Positions 17,255-29,734 of a stretch of 64,000 nucleotides of DNA are shown here, piece after piece. The DNA is from Candidatus Saccharimonadota bacterium (GTDB lineage: Bacteria > Patescibacteriota > Saccharimonadia > Saccharimonadales > AQU-01), in the NCBI GenBank assembly GCA_037137935.1, contig JBAXJI010000003.1, forward strand, positions 3,383-67,382. The letters are read 5' to 3'. Within the stretch, counting starts at the first letter, position 1; each line of letters opens with the position of its first letter. The translations under genes and the position numbers were made by a program. The notes under the pieces are model-generated. The model searched no databases and was not told the origin of the DNA. It saw only the letters and a list, made by a program, of their open reading frames with translations.

Positions 17255-18400
17255 ATGAAAACTAAGACAATTTATTTAGATTATGCAGCCGCAACGCCCG
17301 TCGATAAGACGGTCTTGGCGGCTATGTTGCCATATTTTAGCGATAAGTTTTACAATCCGTCAGCTAATTATTTGGCTGCTCATGAAGTTAGCGAAGACTT
17401 AAAACTAGCTAGACAAAAAGTAGCAAATATATTGGGTGTACGTTCCAGTGAAATTATCTTTACTTCTGGTGGTACGGAAGCAAATAACTTGGCGATAAAT
17501 GGCATCATGAGTCAATATCCTGATGCGAATGTCGTTGTTAGCAGTACAGACCATCATTCTGTTTTAGAGCCGGCTAGTAAGTACGATCACAGGCTAGTTC
17601 CGGTCAATCAAAAGGGTGATATAGATATGATTGCGCTAGATGAGGCTATCGACGACAACACCGTACTTGTAAGTGTTATGTATGCTAATAACGAGATAGG
17701 CACGATTAGTCCAGTCAAGGACATCGCAAGGATGATAGAGGCGAAGTTAAAGCAACGACAAGCTGGCAAAACGAATAAATTGCCTTTACTACTGCATACA
17801 GATGCTTGCCAAGCCGGTGCTTATCTAGACTTGCATATTAGTCGCCTTGGAGTGGATTTGATGACACTTAATGGTGGCAAAATATACGGGCCAAAACAAT
17901 CCGGTGTTTTGATGGTAAAAACTGGGGTAAATCTTGCGGCTCAAATACTTGGCGGCGGCCAGGAAGCTAGTCGTCGAAGCGGTACCGAGAATGTTGCTAG
18001 TTGTATAGGTTTTGGAACGGCTCTTGAACTTGTCCAGAATCGTCGCAGTCTTGAAGTTCTCCGGTTGACTGAAATACGAGATTTATTCATCAAAAAACTT
18101 ACAAATACTTTTGATGGCTGTGTGATTAACGGTTCGTTGTCTCGTAGACTTCCAAATAATGTCCACGTTACTTTTCCTGGAGTAGATAATGAGCGTTTAA
18201 TGATGGAATTAGATGAAGTGGGGATATTGTGTGCAGTTGGATCGGCTTGTTCGGCATCCAGCGACGAGCCATCACACGTCTTAAAAGCTATAGGGCTATC
18301 TGATACAGAAGCTCAATCATCTCTACGCTTCACTATGGGTATAGATACAAATAACAAAGATATCGACAAATTAGTAGGTGAGTTAAAAAGACTCATCTAG
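17255..18400 (+). CDS. cysteine desulfurase (class V aminotransferase, NifS/IscS-like)
   Basis: SGGTEANNLAI and HTDACQ motifs. PLP-lysine region GGKIYGPKQSG. Catalytic-cysteine loop GSACSASSDEPSHVLKAIG. Confidence 0.85.
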   Translation: MKTKTIYLDYAAATPVDKTVLAAMLPYFSDKFYNPSANYLAAHEVSEDLKLARQKVANILGVRSSEIIFTSGGTEANNLAINGIMSQYPDANVVVSSTDHHSVLEPASKYDHRLVPVNQKGDIDMIALDEAIDDNTVLVSVMYANNEIGTISPVKDIARMIEAKLKQRQAGKTNKLPLLLHTDACQAGAYLDLHISRLGVDLMTLNGGKIYGPKQSGVLMVKTGVNLAAQILGGGQEASRRSGTENVASCIGFGTALELVQNRRSLEVLRLTEIRDLFIKKLTNTFDGCVINGSLSRRLPNNVHVTFPGVDNERLMMELDEVGILCAVGSACSASSDEPSHVLKAIGLSDTEAQSSLRFTMGIDTNNKDIDKLVGELKRLI

Positions 18401-18538
18401 GCTCGATAAATATTTAGCGTTTTACAGCGCCTTCTACAGATTAAAATATATAGTCGTAATTGTTTCTTTTATGACTATTTTGGAGTATATTTAATAGTAA
18501 AGCTTAAGTGCTAATGTTAATAAGTAGGTGGGAAACTT

Positions 18539-19198
18539 GTGAATCTGACGACCTTGATAGTGATATTGGCAGGAATCATCGTGTTATCTGCTGCTTTGAT
18601 TTGGCTGATTCTCAGAGATAAAGACGCTCCCTCCAAGGATAAAAAGAGTAAGGTAAAGCAATCAAAGGATGAAGCCAGTAAGCCTAAGGGTGAGGCTTAT
18701 AGTGACACGGCAGAAGCCGATGTTGAGCATATATTTAATGATGAGTTTCGTGAAGAGCTACGCAACAGGGGTAGGCTACATTTTGAGAAAATTATTAGCG
18801 AAAATGCTATGTTTTTGCAGCAAGACTTACGAATTACTACTTCTCAGCTAAATGACTACATGAAGGATGAGATTACTCGCACACTTCAAGAAGAGTTTAC
18901 TAAGTACGAAGAGTCCATTGCCGATGCTAAAAAGATTGCTATTGAATCTATCAATAAGACTCAGACTGTCATAGAACAACAAAGACAATTGCTTGGCGAT
19001 CAGCTTCAAAAACAAATTGCTGGAGAAAAGGACAGTTTGTTGTCGAGGTTTGACGAGAACATGGCCGAAATCGTGAATCATTATGTATTGGCGGCAATTG
19101 GAGACCAGATTGACCTCAGCGATCAGCTAGAATATATCCTTAACGATCTAGAGGCAAATAAAGAGCAAATTATTGAGGATATTCGTAATGGAGCATAG
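18539..19198 (+). CDS. atpF: F-type ATP synthase subunit b-like (single N-terminal TM plus long coiled coil)
   Basis: GTG start, TM helix LIVILAGIIVLSAALIWLIL, then a charged helical region. Position immediately upstream of delta-alpha-gamma-beta-epsilon. Sequence is divergent, so the call rests largely on architecture and context. Confidence 0.55.
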   Translation: MNLTTLIVILAGIIVLSAALIWLILRDKDAPSKDKKSKVKQSKDEASKPKGEAYSDTAEADVEHIFNDEFREELRNRGRLHFEKIISENAMFLQQDLRITTSQLNDYMKDEITRTLQEEFTKYEESIADAKKIAIESINKTQTVIEQQRQLLGDQLQKQIAGEKDSLLSRFDENMAEIVNHYVLAAIGDQIDLSDQLEYILNDLEANKEQIIEDIRNGA

Positions 19199-19763
19199 CT
19201 TTGTCGTAAAGCAGAAATCCCTAGAGTTGCCATTGCCAGTGGTTAGTCTAACTGATTTGAACAGATTGCAAAGAGAGCTCGAGGCTATTGATGTTTTTTT
19301 GATTCAAGCGGCTGTTCGCAAATCAGGGGAATCTATGACTCTACCTAGAACTACTCGTAACCTTGATAATATTGTTCAGTTAAATAAGCTTAATTTGTTG
19401 GTAAAAGAAGACAGAGTTAAGTTGGGGGAATTTATTAAATCGGTTCGTCTAAACGCACCAAAAGTACATATTAGTTTTGCGTCTGATCCTTCTGCTGCCT
19501 TTATTCAGAAAATTGCCGCATGGTTTAGAACAAACGCCCATCCATTAACAATATTGCAGATAGGCTTACAGCCGACTATTGCCGCAGGATGTATTGTACG
19601 CACGACGAATAGCTACTTCGACCTTAGTATTCGTAAGGATTTTCAGAAAAAACGTCAACTTCTAGTTGAAACGGTAAGAAAAGTTAGAATATCTGATCAG
19701 GCGAGAGTTGTACCAGTGTTAGAGGCCGAACCAATGCTTTCTGGAGTTCAGACCAATGGCTGA
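19188..19763 (+). CDS. atpH: F-type ATP synthase subunit delta (OSCP-like)
   Basis: The C-terminal block ILQIGLQPTIAAGCIVRTTNSYFDLSIRKDF matches the delta pattern (vDpsLiGG..v.vgd.viDgSvr). GAGGA lies 8 nt before ATG 19188. The track ORF starts at 19173. Confidence 0.6.
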   Translation: MEHSFVVKQKSLELPLPVVSLTDLNRLQRELEAIDVFLIQAAVRKSGESMTLPRTTRNLDNIVQLNKLNLLVKEDRVKLGEFIKSVRLNAPKVHISFASDPSAAFIQKIAAWFRTNAHPLTILQIGLQPTIAAGCIVRTTNSYFDLSIRKDFQKKRQLLVETVRKVRISDQARVVPVLEAEPMLSGVQTNG

Positions 19764-21179
19764 TAACCAGCACTTTAATCGATTAGTCGAAAACGGTAAT
19801 CCCGTCGGTGAAGTTATTGGTGTTGAAGGATTTCTTGTTAAGGTCAAGGGCTTGCACCCGGTTAATGCTCACGCGCTTATTTTGTTTGAAGATGGTAGCA
19901 AGGGATTTGTTCATCAGGTCCTAGAGACTCACGTCGTAGTGCTGCATCTTGGGGTGCTAAAGCTTACGGCCGGTCTATTGGCTGTCGTTCAGTATCAAGA
20001 ATTGGTTAGCAAAGTTGGCAAAGATTTTATTGGTCGCGTCGTGTCAGTTATGGGTGAGCCGCTTGATGGCAAAGGGCCTATTGCTGCCAATGCCGTCAGG
20101 CCAGTTTTTCACCCAGCTCCTCCACTCCATACTCGTAAATTACTAGATACGCAGCTAGAGAGTGGTATAACCGCAATTGACTCGCTATTTCCGATTGTTC
20201 GCGGACAGCGCATGGCGTTACTTGGCGATAGCAAGTCTGGCAAAAGTACCCTCGCTACTCAGCTAATCATTAATCAAAAAAATACAGACCAAATTGTGGT
20301 ATATTCGCTTATAGCAAAACGACGAAGCGATATAGACAATCTACTAAAACATCTTGAAGAAAACGGTGGAATGGAGAAGTCTATTGTCATCGTTTCTACT
20401 ATGTTTGAGTCTTTGATTGTTAGTTATCTCGCGCCTTATGTAGCCTGTGCTATGGCTGAATATTTGTGGCAAGAATGTGACCAAGATACTGTTATTATTT
20501 ATGATGATTTAACCACTCACGCCCATGTAACTAGAGAAATCGCTCTAATGTCTGGTGTTAGTCCTGGACGAGATTCTTATCCTGGTGATATGTTTTATGC
20601 GCATTCTAGTTTGTTGGAACGCGCCGGTAGACTTGAAAGCACAGGCAAACACTTAACGAGTATTCCTATAGTATTGGCCGCTGGCGGTGATATAACAGCT
20701 TATCTACCGACTAACATAATTTCTATAACTGACGGGCAGTGGATACTGGACATGTCAATCTTCCGAAAGGGTATTCGTCCAGCTATTAATATGGGGTTAT
20801 CAGTTACGCGCGTAGGCGGTGTTGGTCATAATAAACGCCAGAAAACAATTGCCGCACAGACCTTAAAGTTACTTGCAGATTATCGTCAGGCTGAGGAGTT
20901 TTCTCATTTCGGGTCTGAACTTGGACCGGAAGCAAGACGAGCGTTAGAAGTAGGAAGGCATATTTTTGAAGTGCTAACACAAGGTCCAGGCGACACATAC
21001 TCAGTAATGGCACAACAATTAATGTTGGATATAGTTCTTAATGCAGAGCTTGGGTCAGTTCTTGACATCAGTAAGCTAAAGTTAATGTCTCGTGAGGCTG
21101 GCGCGAAAGTTACGACTGAAATATTGTACGAACAGACGAAACTAGAATTGAAGAATCAAGTAATGCTTGGAATTACTTC

Positions 21180-21183
<4 letters not shown>
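19756..21183 (+). CDS. atpA: F-type ATP synthase subunit alpha (divergent)
   Basis: P-loop GDSKSGKST, plus IIYDDLTTHA, PGDMFYAHSSLLERA and ITDGQ. 475 aa. Its stop overlaps the atpG start (ATGA). Confidence 0.88.
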
Positions 21184-23344
<2,161 letters not shown>

Positions 23345-23368
23345 ACTAATGCAAGGAACTATTGGATA

Positions 23369-23716
23369 ATGCCAGAAGACGCACCAAAATCAGCTCCCCA
23401 TCCTTCAACGGTTCAAGAGACTTTAGCACTTGCTGCAAAGAGAAATAGTGAGCAGGCAAAATCTGATGCAAAGATTATGCATGTTAAGGTTTATGCTCCA
23501 TTTAAGACTTACTATGATGGTGATGCACTAAGTATTTCTGCCATAAACGACACAGGTCCATTTGATATTCTGCCGCGTCACCATAACTTCATGACGCTAG
23601 TAAATAAATGTGATGTCATTATTCGCACAGAAGACGGCGACGAATTAAGAGTGCCCATTAATCGTGGTGTCATGCACGTTAAGGCCGACCGAGTTGATGT
23701 GTTTTTGGACGTTTAG
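23369..23716 (+). CDS. atpC: F-type ATP synthase subunit epsilon (beta-sandwich only)
   Basis: MHVKVYAPFKTYYDGDALSISAINDTGPFDILPRHHNFMTLV...GVMHVKADRVDVFLDV matches the epsilon N-terminal domain pattern (GefGiLpgHaP). No C-terminal helical hairpin is present. Confidence 0.7.
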   Translation: MPEDAPKSAPHPSTVQETLALAAKRNSEQAKSDAKIMHVKVYAPFKTYYDGDALSISAINDTGPFDILPRHHNFMTLVNKCDVIIRTEDGDELRVPINRGVMHVKADRVDVFLDV

Positions 23717-23755
23717 TGACTTTAGCTTATGTTTGATTTAGCGTAATATAGTTTT

Positions 23756-24385
23756 ATGAAGATAGTTATATTTGGAGCAAATGGTAAGATTGGGCGACTA
23801 GTTGTGGCTGAGGCGTTAAGGCGCGGTCATAGCGTTCGCGCTTTTGTGCATAATCATAGCGATATTGCAGACGACAGTAACCTTAGTATCTTTAAGGGTG
23901 ATATATATGACGTGGATTCTTGTCGTAGCGCCATTAAAGGTTGCGAAGCGGTTGTTAGTACATTAGGCAGCTGGGGTACTCCCAAAAAAGATGTCGTATC
24001 AACAGCGGTGGAAAATATTATTCCAATAATGCAGAATTTGAAAATAAATAAAATTGTAACTTTGACTGGGGCAGATAGTGAGGCATCTAATGATAAAAGA
24101 GGCCTAGCGCATAAGCTTAGTCGTCCGTTGCTGGCTACTATTGCTGGTAAAATATTGGCTGACGGTGAAAAGCATATTAATTTATTAGAGAATAGCGGCT
24201 TGAACTGGTCCGTAGTAAGGTCGCCAATTATGACAAATTACGGGCAAGCGAGTAATTTTAAACTTACCGAAGAACGCCCAATGCCATGGCAAACTATTAA
24301 CCGTAAGTCGGTAGCTATTGCTATGGTTGATCTTTTAGAGACGACAGAAAGCGAGCTAAAAGCTCCGTATATTGTACGCAAATGA
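23756..24385 (+). CDS. NAD(P)H-binding protein (atypical SDR / NmrA-BVR-B-like)
   Basis: N-terminal Rossmann motif MKIVIFGANGKIGRLVV. 209 aa. Confidence 0.75.
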   Translation: MKIVIFGANGKIGRLVVAEALRRGHSVRAFVHNHSDIADDSNLSIFKGDIYDVDSCRSAIKGCEAVVSTLGSWGTPKKDVVSTAVENIIPIMQNLKINKIVTLTGADSEASNDKRGLAHKLSRPLLATIAGKILADGEKHINLLENSGLNWSVVRSPIMTNYGQASNFKLTEERPMPWQTINRKSVAIAMVDLLETTESELKAPYIVRK

Positions 24386-24882
24386 AACAAATAATTGTTG
24401 ATGAGTCTTACCAGTCAGGATATGAATATACTTTAGTTTGTCAAATGGGCAAAGATTTTGATGAAGATTTTAAGCCCGATTTAACTCCCGGGCAAATGTT
24501 AAAAATGGGAATTTTTGCCGGTAATTATTTTAAGCAAGTACCTAAAGAATTTCCGTCTGATTGGTTTGATGGTGTCGTATTGAGCGCCAAGGCTAATCCA
24601 GAACTAAATTATTTTAAAGTAAAAGCTAGTCAACCTTTGGCTGAGTGGCAACGCAAAGGTTGGATTTATTTTGAAGATCCGCTCGGTTGGTTCCTCTGGT
24701 ACTGTCGTTATTATTGCGGTCGTAGAATTCCAGCTGAAGATGCCAGACAAATAAAACGCTGGAAAGCGATGCACCGCCACATTAGTCAACTAAAGAATAA
24801 TTGCCAAGTTGGTGATTATAGCTGTCGCCCAAGACAGCGTCAGGCATTGCTGCACTGGGCATACGACTCCACTAAAATGTAG
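24382..24882 (+). CDS. hypothetical conserved protein (W/C/R-rich motif)
   Basis: 166 aa. ATGA overlap with the upstream gene. Distinctive DPLGWFLWYCRYYCGRR and RQIKRWKAM segments. I cannot name the family. Confidence 0.55.
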   Translation: MKQIIVDESYQSGYEYTLVCQMGKDFDEDFKPDLTPGQMLKMGIFAGNYFKQVPKEFPSDWFDGVVLSAKANPELNYFKVKASQPLAEWQRKGWIYFEDPLGWFLWYCRYYCGRRIPAEDARQIKRWKAMHRHISQLKNNCQVGDYSCRPRQRQALLHWAYDSTKM

Positions 24883-24927
24883 ATTGTGCAAGCTTTTGCG
24901 CGTTAATTTGTGTACAATAACAGGTAT

Positions 24928-26067
24928 ATGTCGAAAAAAGTATTCGTAGGTTTAAGCGGTGGCGTTGATTCGTCCGTAGCAGCGGCTTTGCTTGTTGAGC
25001 AAGGCTATGAAGTTGTCGGCGTTTATATGAAAAACTGGAGCAAAGATTTGCCTGGTTTTCCGTGTCCTTGGAAAGAAGATTATCAGGATGCCAAACGTGT
25101 AGCCGTGCAACTTGGTATTGAGTTTCGAATGTTTGATTTTGAGAAAGAGTATTTCGAAAAAGTTGTTGATTATATGCTTGATGGATTTCGGTCTGGTATT
25201 ACACCTAATCCAGATATTATGTGTAATCAAGAAATCAAATTTAAACTATTTCTAGACGTTGCGCTCGAACAAGGTGCAGATATGATCGCGACCGGACATT
25301 ACGCCAAGGTTAGAGCCAAGAGTCAAACCAAAACAGATACAAACTCCGAAATCACAAAATCCTCAGATCAGAGGGTTGAACCCTTAACAGATGGGGAAAA
25401 TGTGATTTCATATCTATTAGGGGTGGCTAAGGATGATAATAAGGACCAGACCTACTTTCTTTATAGAATAGCTGAAGCGGCTCTGAGTAAGACTTTATTT
25501 CCGCTTGGTGATTATACTAAGCCAGAAGTTAGAGAACTTGCTAAGAAGTTTGGTCTAGTTACTGCTGCTAAAAAAGAAAGTATGGGTATTTGTTTTGTCG
25601 GTAAAGTTGGTATTAAGGAATTCTTGCAGCAATATGTTGAGACTACACCTGGTCCAATTATCGACGATAAGGGTAAAATTATTGGTGAACATGACGGTGC
25701 GATATTTTACACGACTGGGCAGCGTCACGGTTTAAATGTCGGCGGCGGTCTACCATATTATGTGGTTGGAAAAGATATGGATAAGAACGAAGTTTATGTA
25801 ACGGCGGATATTGACGACAGCAGGCTGTGGAGTAAAGATTTTGTAATTAATAGCGCGCACTGGATAAATGACGCACCGCAAAATACAGACGATCTGAAAG
25901 TTCGAACGCGTCACCGCGCAACACCGCTTTCAGTAGTAGCAATTATGAAATTGGATAATGGTAATTGGCATATCAGTTTGGACGAAGAAGTACGAGCGTT
26001 AACAGCAGGACAGTCAGCTGTATTTTATCAAGAAGGTGTTTGTCTGGGTGGCGGAATTATCATATAG
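24928..26067 (+). CDS. mnmA: tRNA-specific 2-thiouridylase MnmA
   Basis: PP-loop VGLSGGVDSS, plus ATGHYA, KDQTYFLY and GICFVG. The track ORF begins at GTG 24910. The conserved N-terminus MSKKVFVGLSGG starts at ATG 24928. Confidence 0.9.
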   Translation: MSKKVFVGLSGGVDSSVAAALLVEQGYEVVGVYMKNWSKDLPGFPCPWKEDYQDAKRVAVQLGIEFRMFDFEKEYFEKVVDYMLDGFRSGITPNPDIMCNQEIKFKLFLDVALEQGADMIATGHYAKVRAKSQTKTDTNSEITKSSDQRVEPLTDGENVISYLLGVAKDDNKDQTYFLYRIAEAALSKTLFPLGDYTKPEVRELAKKFGLVTAAKKESMGICFVGKVGIKEFLQQYVETTPGPIIDDKGKIIGEHDGAIFYTTGQRHGLNVGGGLPYYVVGKDMDKNEVYVTADIDDSRLWSKDFVINSAHWINDAPQNTDDLKVRTRHRATPLSVVAIMKLDNGNWHISLDEEVRALTAGQSAVFYQEGVCLGGGIII

Positions 26068-26116
26068 CTATTGCTTATAATTGATATTTATTGTAGAATA
26101 GCCTATAGTAAATACC

Positions 26117-26614
26117 ATGATTAAATCGGAATCAATCCCAACTCTAGAAGACTGGCAAGCTATTCAAGGCGGTAAGCCGCGCATTTTTGAGAGTGCGTCT
26201 AAGAAAAGTTTTAAGATTCTTCACATATACGGAGCTGAGTTTAATCCGGAATTAGCCCAGGAACTTCCACATTATGGATATGAACTTCCAACTATAGGCG
26301 AAAATATGAAAGATTCTTTAAAGAAACCAGTTAAAATTGAGTTTCTGAACAATAAGCTCGAGGTCCCTGCTATTAGAAGGCCTACTGTCCCTGCTATTCT
26401 GCTGGTTCAGTTTCACGGTAGTCCTTGCATGCAAAGAACTGTAGATAATAAAGGAGTTAATGCTGGCTACGATAAGCTAACTACATCCGAGGATTTGGAT
26501 TTCTACTTACAGAAACTGGATCATGATGGTTATACAGAACAGCGTCTTGGAATTGACCCGAATAGTAATGGCTTCCGTTTGTTACCAATGGTGCGTGTCG
26601 AAAAAACAGCCTAG
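26117..26614 (+). CDS. hypothetical protein
   Basis: 165-aa ORF with a clean intergenic context. No recognisable motifs. Confidence 0.5.
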   Translation: MIKSESIPTLEDWQAIQGGKPRIFESASKKSFKILHIYGAEFNPELAQELPHYGYELPTIGENMKDSLKKPVKIEFLNNKLEVPAIRRPTVPAILLVQFHGSPCMQRTVDNKGVNAGYDKLTTSEDLDFYLQKLDHDGYTEQRLGIDPNSNGFRLLPMVRVEKTA

Positions 26615-26658
26615 CTTTAGGCTAATAAATACCCGTACAATCTGTTATTATTAATCTT

Positions 26659-28563
26659 ATGACAGCACAAGAAATCCGTAACGCATATCTCGATTTTATG
26701 GTCAAGAATGGCCATAGTGTGATTCCTCGCGCGCTTCTGGTGCCGCAGAACGACCCAACGACTTTATTTACTGGTAGTGGTATGCAGCCACTAATACCAT
26801 TTCTGCTTGGAGAAAAACATCAAGACGGTACAAGATTAGTTGATAGTCAGACTTGTTTGCGAGCTCAAGATATAGATGATGTTGGCGACAATCGTCATAC
26901 GACTTTTTTTGAAATGCTTGGAAACTGGAGTTTGGGTGATTATTTTAAGAACGAACAATTACGCTGGTTTTTTGAATTTTTGGTTGCCAAGGTTGGGTTA
27001 GACCCGAATCGAATATATGTAACATGTTGCAGTGGATTCCCAGAATTTGGGGTACCTAAGGATTTAGAGTCAGCTCAATTATGGAGCGATCTATTTGACG
27101 AACAAGGTGTTGATAATAAACAAGTTGAAATAGGCAGCGAAGAGAACGGTTATAAAGTCGGTGAACAATCTGGTCGAATATTCTTTTATGACGAGAAAAA
27201 CTGGTGGAGCCGTAACGGTGCGCCTAAAGATGTTAAAGTTGGCGAGCCGTGTGGTCCAGACAGCGAAGTATTCTATTTATTTGATCAGATTAAACACGAC
27301 ACCAGCTTTGGCGAACTTTGTCATCCGAACTGCGACTGTGGACGTTATATGGAAATCGGTAATTCAGTCTTTATGGAATATTTGCGAACAGACAAAGGCT
27401 TCGAGAAATTACCAGCTCGTAATGTCGATTTTGGTGGTGGACTAGAAAGAATTGCTGCTGCCCAACTAGATAGTCCGGACGTTTTTAAAATCAGTATTTT
27501 GTTACCAATAGTTGAATCGCTAGAACAAATGAGTGGCAAAAAATACGAAAGTCATACTGCAAGTATGCGAGTTATTGCCGACCATTTGCGGGCTGCAACA
27601 TTTTTGGCAGTGGATGGAATTGTTCCGAGTAATAAAGAGCAAGGTTATGTCATGCGTCGGTTGATGCGCCGAGCAATAAGATTTGCTTTCGAGCTTGGTG
27701 TCGAACAAGACCTTTGTAGCAAAATAGTACCAGTCATAACTGATTTATATAAAAATGATTATCCTGAAGTTTCTGCAAAATGTGACGAAGTTGTGGCGAT
27801 CCTAACTAAGGAAGAAAAAATATTCCGCCAAACACTACGAAAAGGTCTAAAAGAATTTGAAAACTTATTTGGTGAAGAAAATAAGAAAACCAAAGTAGAG
27901 AATCATGGCGCCGCATTATTCCAGCTTTATGACACTTACGGATTTCCTTTAGAGTTAAGTATCGAAGAGGCCTATAAGCAGAATGTCGACTTAGACAAAG
28001 ATTGGAAACAACAATTTGACGCTAAAATGACAGAGCAACGCGAACGTTCACAAACCGCAAGTAAAGGTACATTTAAGGGTGGACTTGGTGGTCAAACATT
28101 GCAGCACAAGAAATACCACACCGCCACTCATTTGATGTACCAAGCATTACGCCAGGTGTTGGGTGACCATGTTATTCAGAGAGGTAGTAATATTACCGAG
28201 GAACGTCTAAGATTTGACTTTAGTCATGACGGTAAAGTTACGCCAGAGCAGATAAAACAGGTCGAGGATATCGTTAATGAACAAATTTCCAAGGACCTAA
28301 AAATAAGTTTTCAAGAATATCCTACTAAAGTTGCCAGAGAAGAAATGCACGCACTTGGACAGTTCGGTGACAGATACGGCGAAACAGTCAAAGTCTATAA
28401 AATGATTGCAGACGACGCGGACAAACCGTTTAGTTTTGAGATCTGTGGCGGACCGCATGTTGACCATACTCACCAGTTAATTGAAGACGGCAAAAAGTTT
28501 AAAATATTAAAGGAAGAAGCTAGCTCAGCTGGTATTCGACGAATCAAAGCTGCTTTAGTCTAA
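26659..28563 (+). CDS. alaS: alanine--tRNA ligase, short form (catalytic, tRNA-recognition and editing domains, no C-Ala domain)
   Basis: Class II motifs FTGSGMQP, RHTTFFEMLGNWS, FGGGLERI. Editing-domain metal ligands HTATHLMYQALRQVLGDH and CGGPHV. 634 aa. Confidence 0.88.
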   Translation: MTAQEIRNAYLDFMVKNGHSVIPRALLVPQNDPTTLFTGSGMQPLIPFLLGEKHQDGTRLVDSQTCLRAQDIDDVGDNRHTTFFEMLGNWSLGDYFKNEQLRWFFEFLVAKVGLDPNRIYVTCCSGFPEFGVPKDLESAQLWSDLFDEQGVDNKQVEIGSEENGYKVGEQSGRIFFYDEKNWWSRNGAPKDVKVGEPCGPDSEVFYLFDQIKHDTSFGELCHPNCDCGRYMEIGNSVFMEYLRTDKGFEKLPARNVDFGGGLERIAAAQLDSPDVFKISILLPIVESLEQMSGKKYESHTASMRVIADHLRAATFLAVDGIVPSNKEQGYVMRRLMRRAIRFAFELGVEQDLCSKIVPVITDLYKNDYPEVSAKCDEVVAILTKEEKIFRQTLRKGLKEFENLFGEENKKTKVENHGAALFQLYDTYGFPLELSIEEAYKQNVDLDKDWKQQFDAKMTEQRERSQTASKGTFKGGLGGQTLQHKKYHTATHLMYQALRQVLGDHVIQRGSNITEERLRFDFSHDGKVTPEQIKQVEDIVNEQISKDLKISFQEYPTKVAREEMHALGQFGDRYGETVKVYKMIADDADKPFSFEICGGPHVDHTHQLIEDGKKFKILKEEASSAGIRRIKAALV

Positions 28564-28634
28564 ATAACCACTTGTAAAGCGTAACCGTTGTGATACGATA
28601 AAACTGTTATTATAAAAAACAAAAACAATAAAAT

Positions 28635-29642
28635 ATGAAGAAAAAACAGATTAAAGGCACCAAGCCCAAGCTTGTTAGTCACTATTCAAACACCGGTAAG
28701 CGTATGTCATCCCAACATACTTCCTATCCGTTGTTGGTGTTTATTTTGTTACTTCTCGGTGTGTTTATGACTGGCTTTACATTAAAGGTTAGTGCTAGCG
28801 ACGTAGTTGTTAGTGCTTTTGTTCAGGCGCCAATACCAACTGTCCCGGCTACTATAATTACTCCTGTTGCGAACGCTCGTTTTAACGATTCACAAACTAC
28901 AGTTTCTGGTACTTGTGCAGCTGCGGATATGGTGAAGCTTTATCGCAACAATAATTTTAGTGGTGCCGTACTCTGCGCCATAGACAACACATTCCAAATC
29001 CAAACAGCTCTTTTTGAAGGGTCTAACGATCTACAGGCTAGAGTCTTTAATATTACTAATGACGAGGGTCCGCAGTCACCAGTTGTAAGGGTGTATTATG
29101 ACGTTCCGGTACCCTTAATACCAGGAACAAACACACCCGAACCAGTTACTTCTACTCCAGCAATTGTGCCGCAGTTCATGATTTCTGCCGAGAATTTATA
29201 TAAAGGCTACAAAGTTGGCGACACAATTGAGTGGCAATTAGGTGCTGTTGGCGGAACAGCGCCCTACGCTTTTAGTATTAACTGGGGAGACGGAAACACC
29301 TCGATCGTAAGTAGGCGAGATGAGGGAGTGTTTACAACCAAGCATGTCTATAAAAAAGTTGGCAGCTATAAGGGAAGTTATGTGATTAGAGTGACTGCTT
29401 CTGACGCAAACGACAAGTCGTCGTTCATACAATTAATGATAATTATACAAGATAGTAAAAACGTATCTAATAGCATACCAGCAGTAGGCTCCACCAATAA
29501 CACTACTCCGACTCTACCCTTTAATATGCAGTTATTTTGGCCTGCTTATGTCGTGACATTTTTGATGGTTGTAAGTTTCTGGCTCGGACAACGCCGAACA
29601 TTGGTTAAGCCGAAGCACAGACTTCATGCGCATAAAGGCTAG
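28635..29642 (+). CDS. membrane-anchored surface protein with PKD-like domain
   Basis: N-terminal signal/TM segment. PKD-type signature FSINWGDGNTS...HVYKKVGSY...IRVTASD. C-terminal TM helix followed by basic residues. Confidence 0.6.
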   Translation: MKKKQIKGTKPKLVSHYSNTGKRMSSQHTSYPLLVFILLLLGVFMTGFTLKVSASDVVVSAFVQAPIPTVPATIITPVANARFNDSQTTVSGTCAAADMVKLYRNNNFSGAVLCAIDNTFQIQTALFEGSNDLQARVFNITNDEGPQSPVVRVYYDVPVPLIPGTNTPEPVTSTPAIVPQFMISAENLYKGYKVGDTIEWQLGAVGGTAPYAFSINWGDGNTSIVSRRDEGVFTTKHVYKKVGSYKGSYVIRVTASDANDKSSFIQLMIIIQDSKNVSNSIPAVGSTNNTTPTLPFNMQLFWPAYVVTFLMVVSFWLGQRRTLVKPKHRLHAHKG

Positions 29643-29734
29643 GATATTTAGTAAATAATATGAGTATAGATAAGGCCTATTATATTAAAACGAACAGTTT
29701 GGTAGCTATCTATGGTGCTATAATTTAAGGGATT

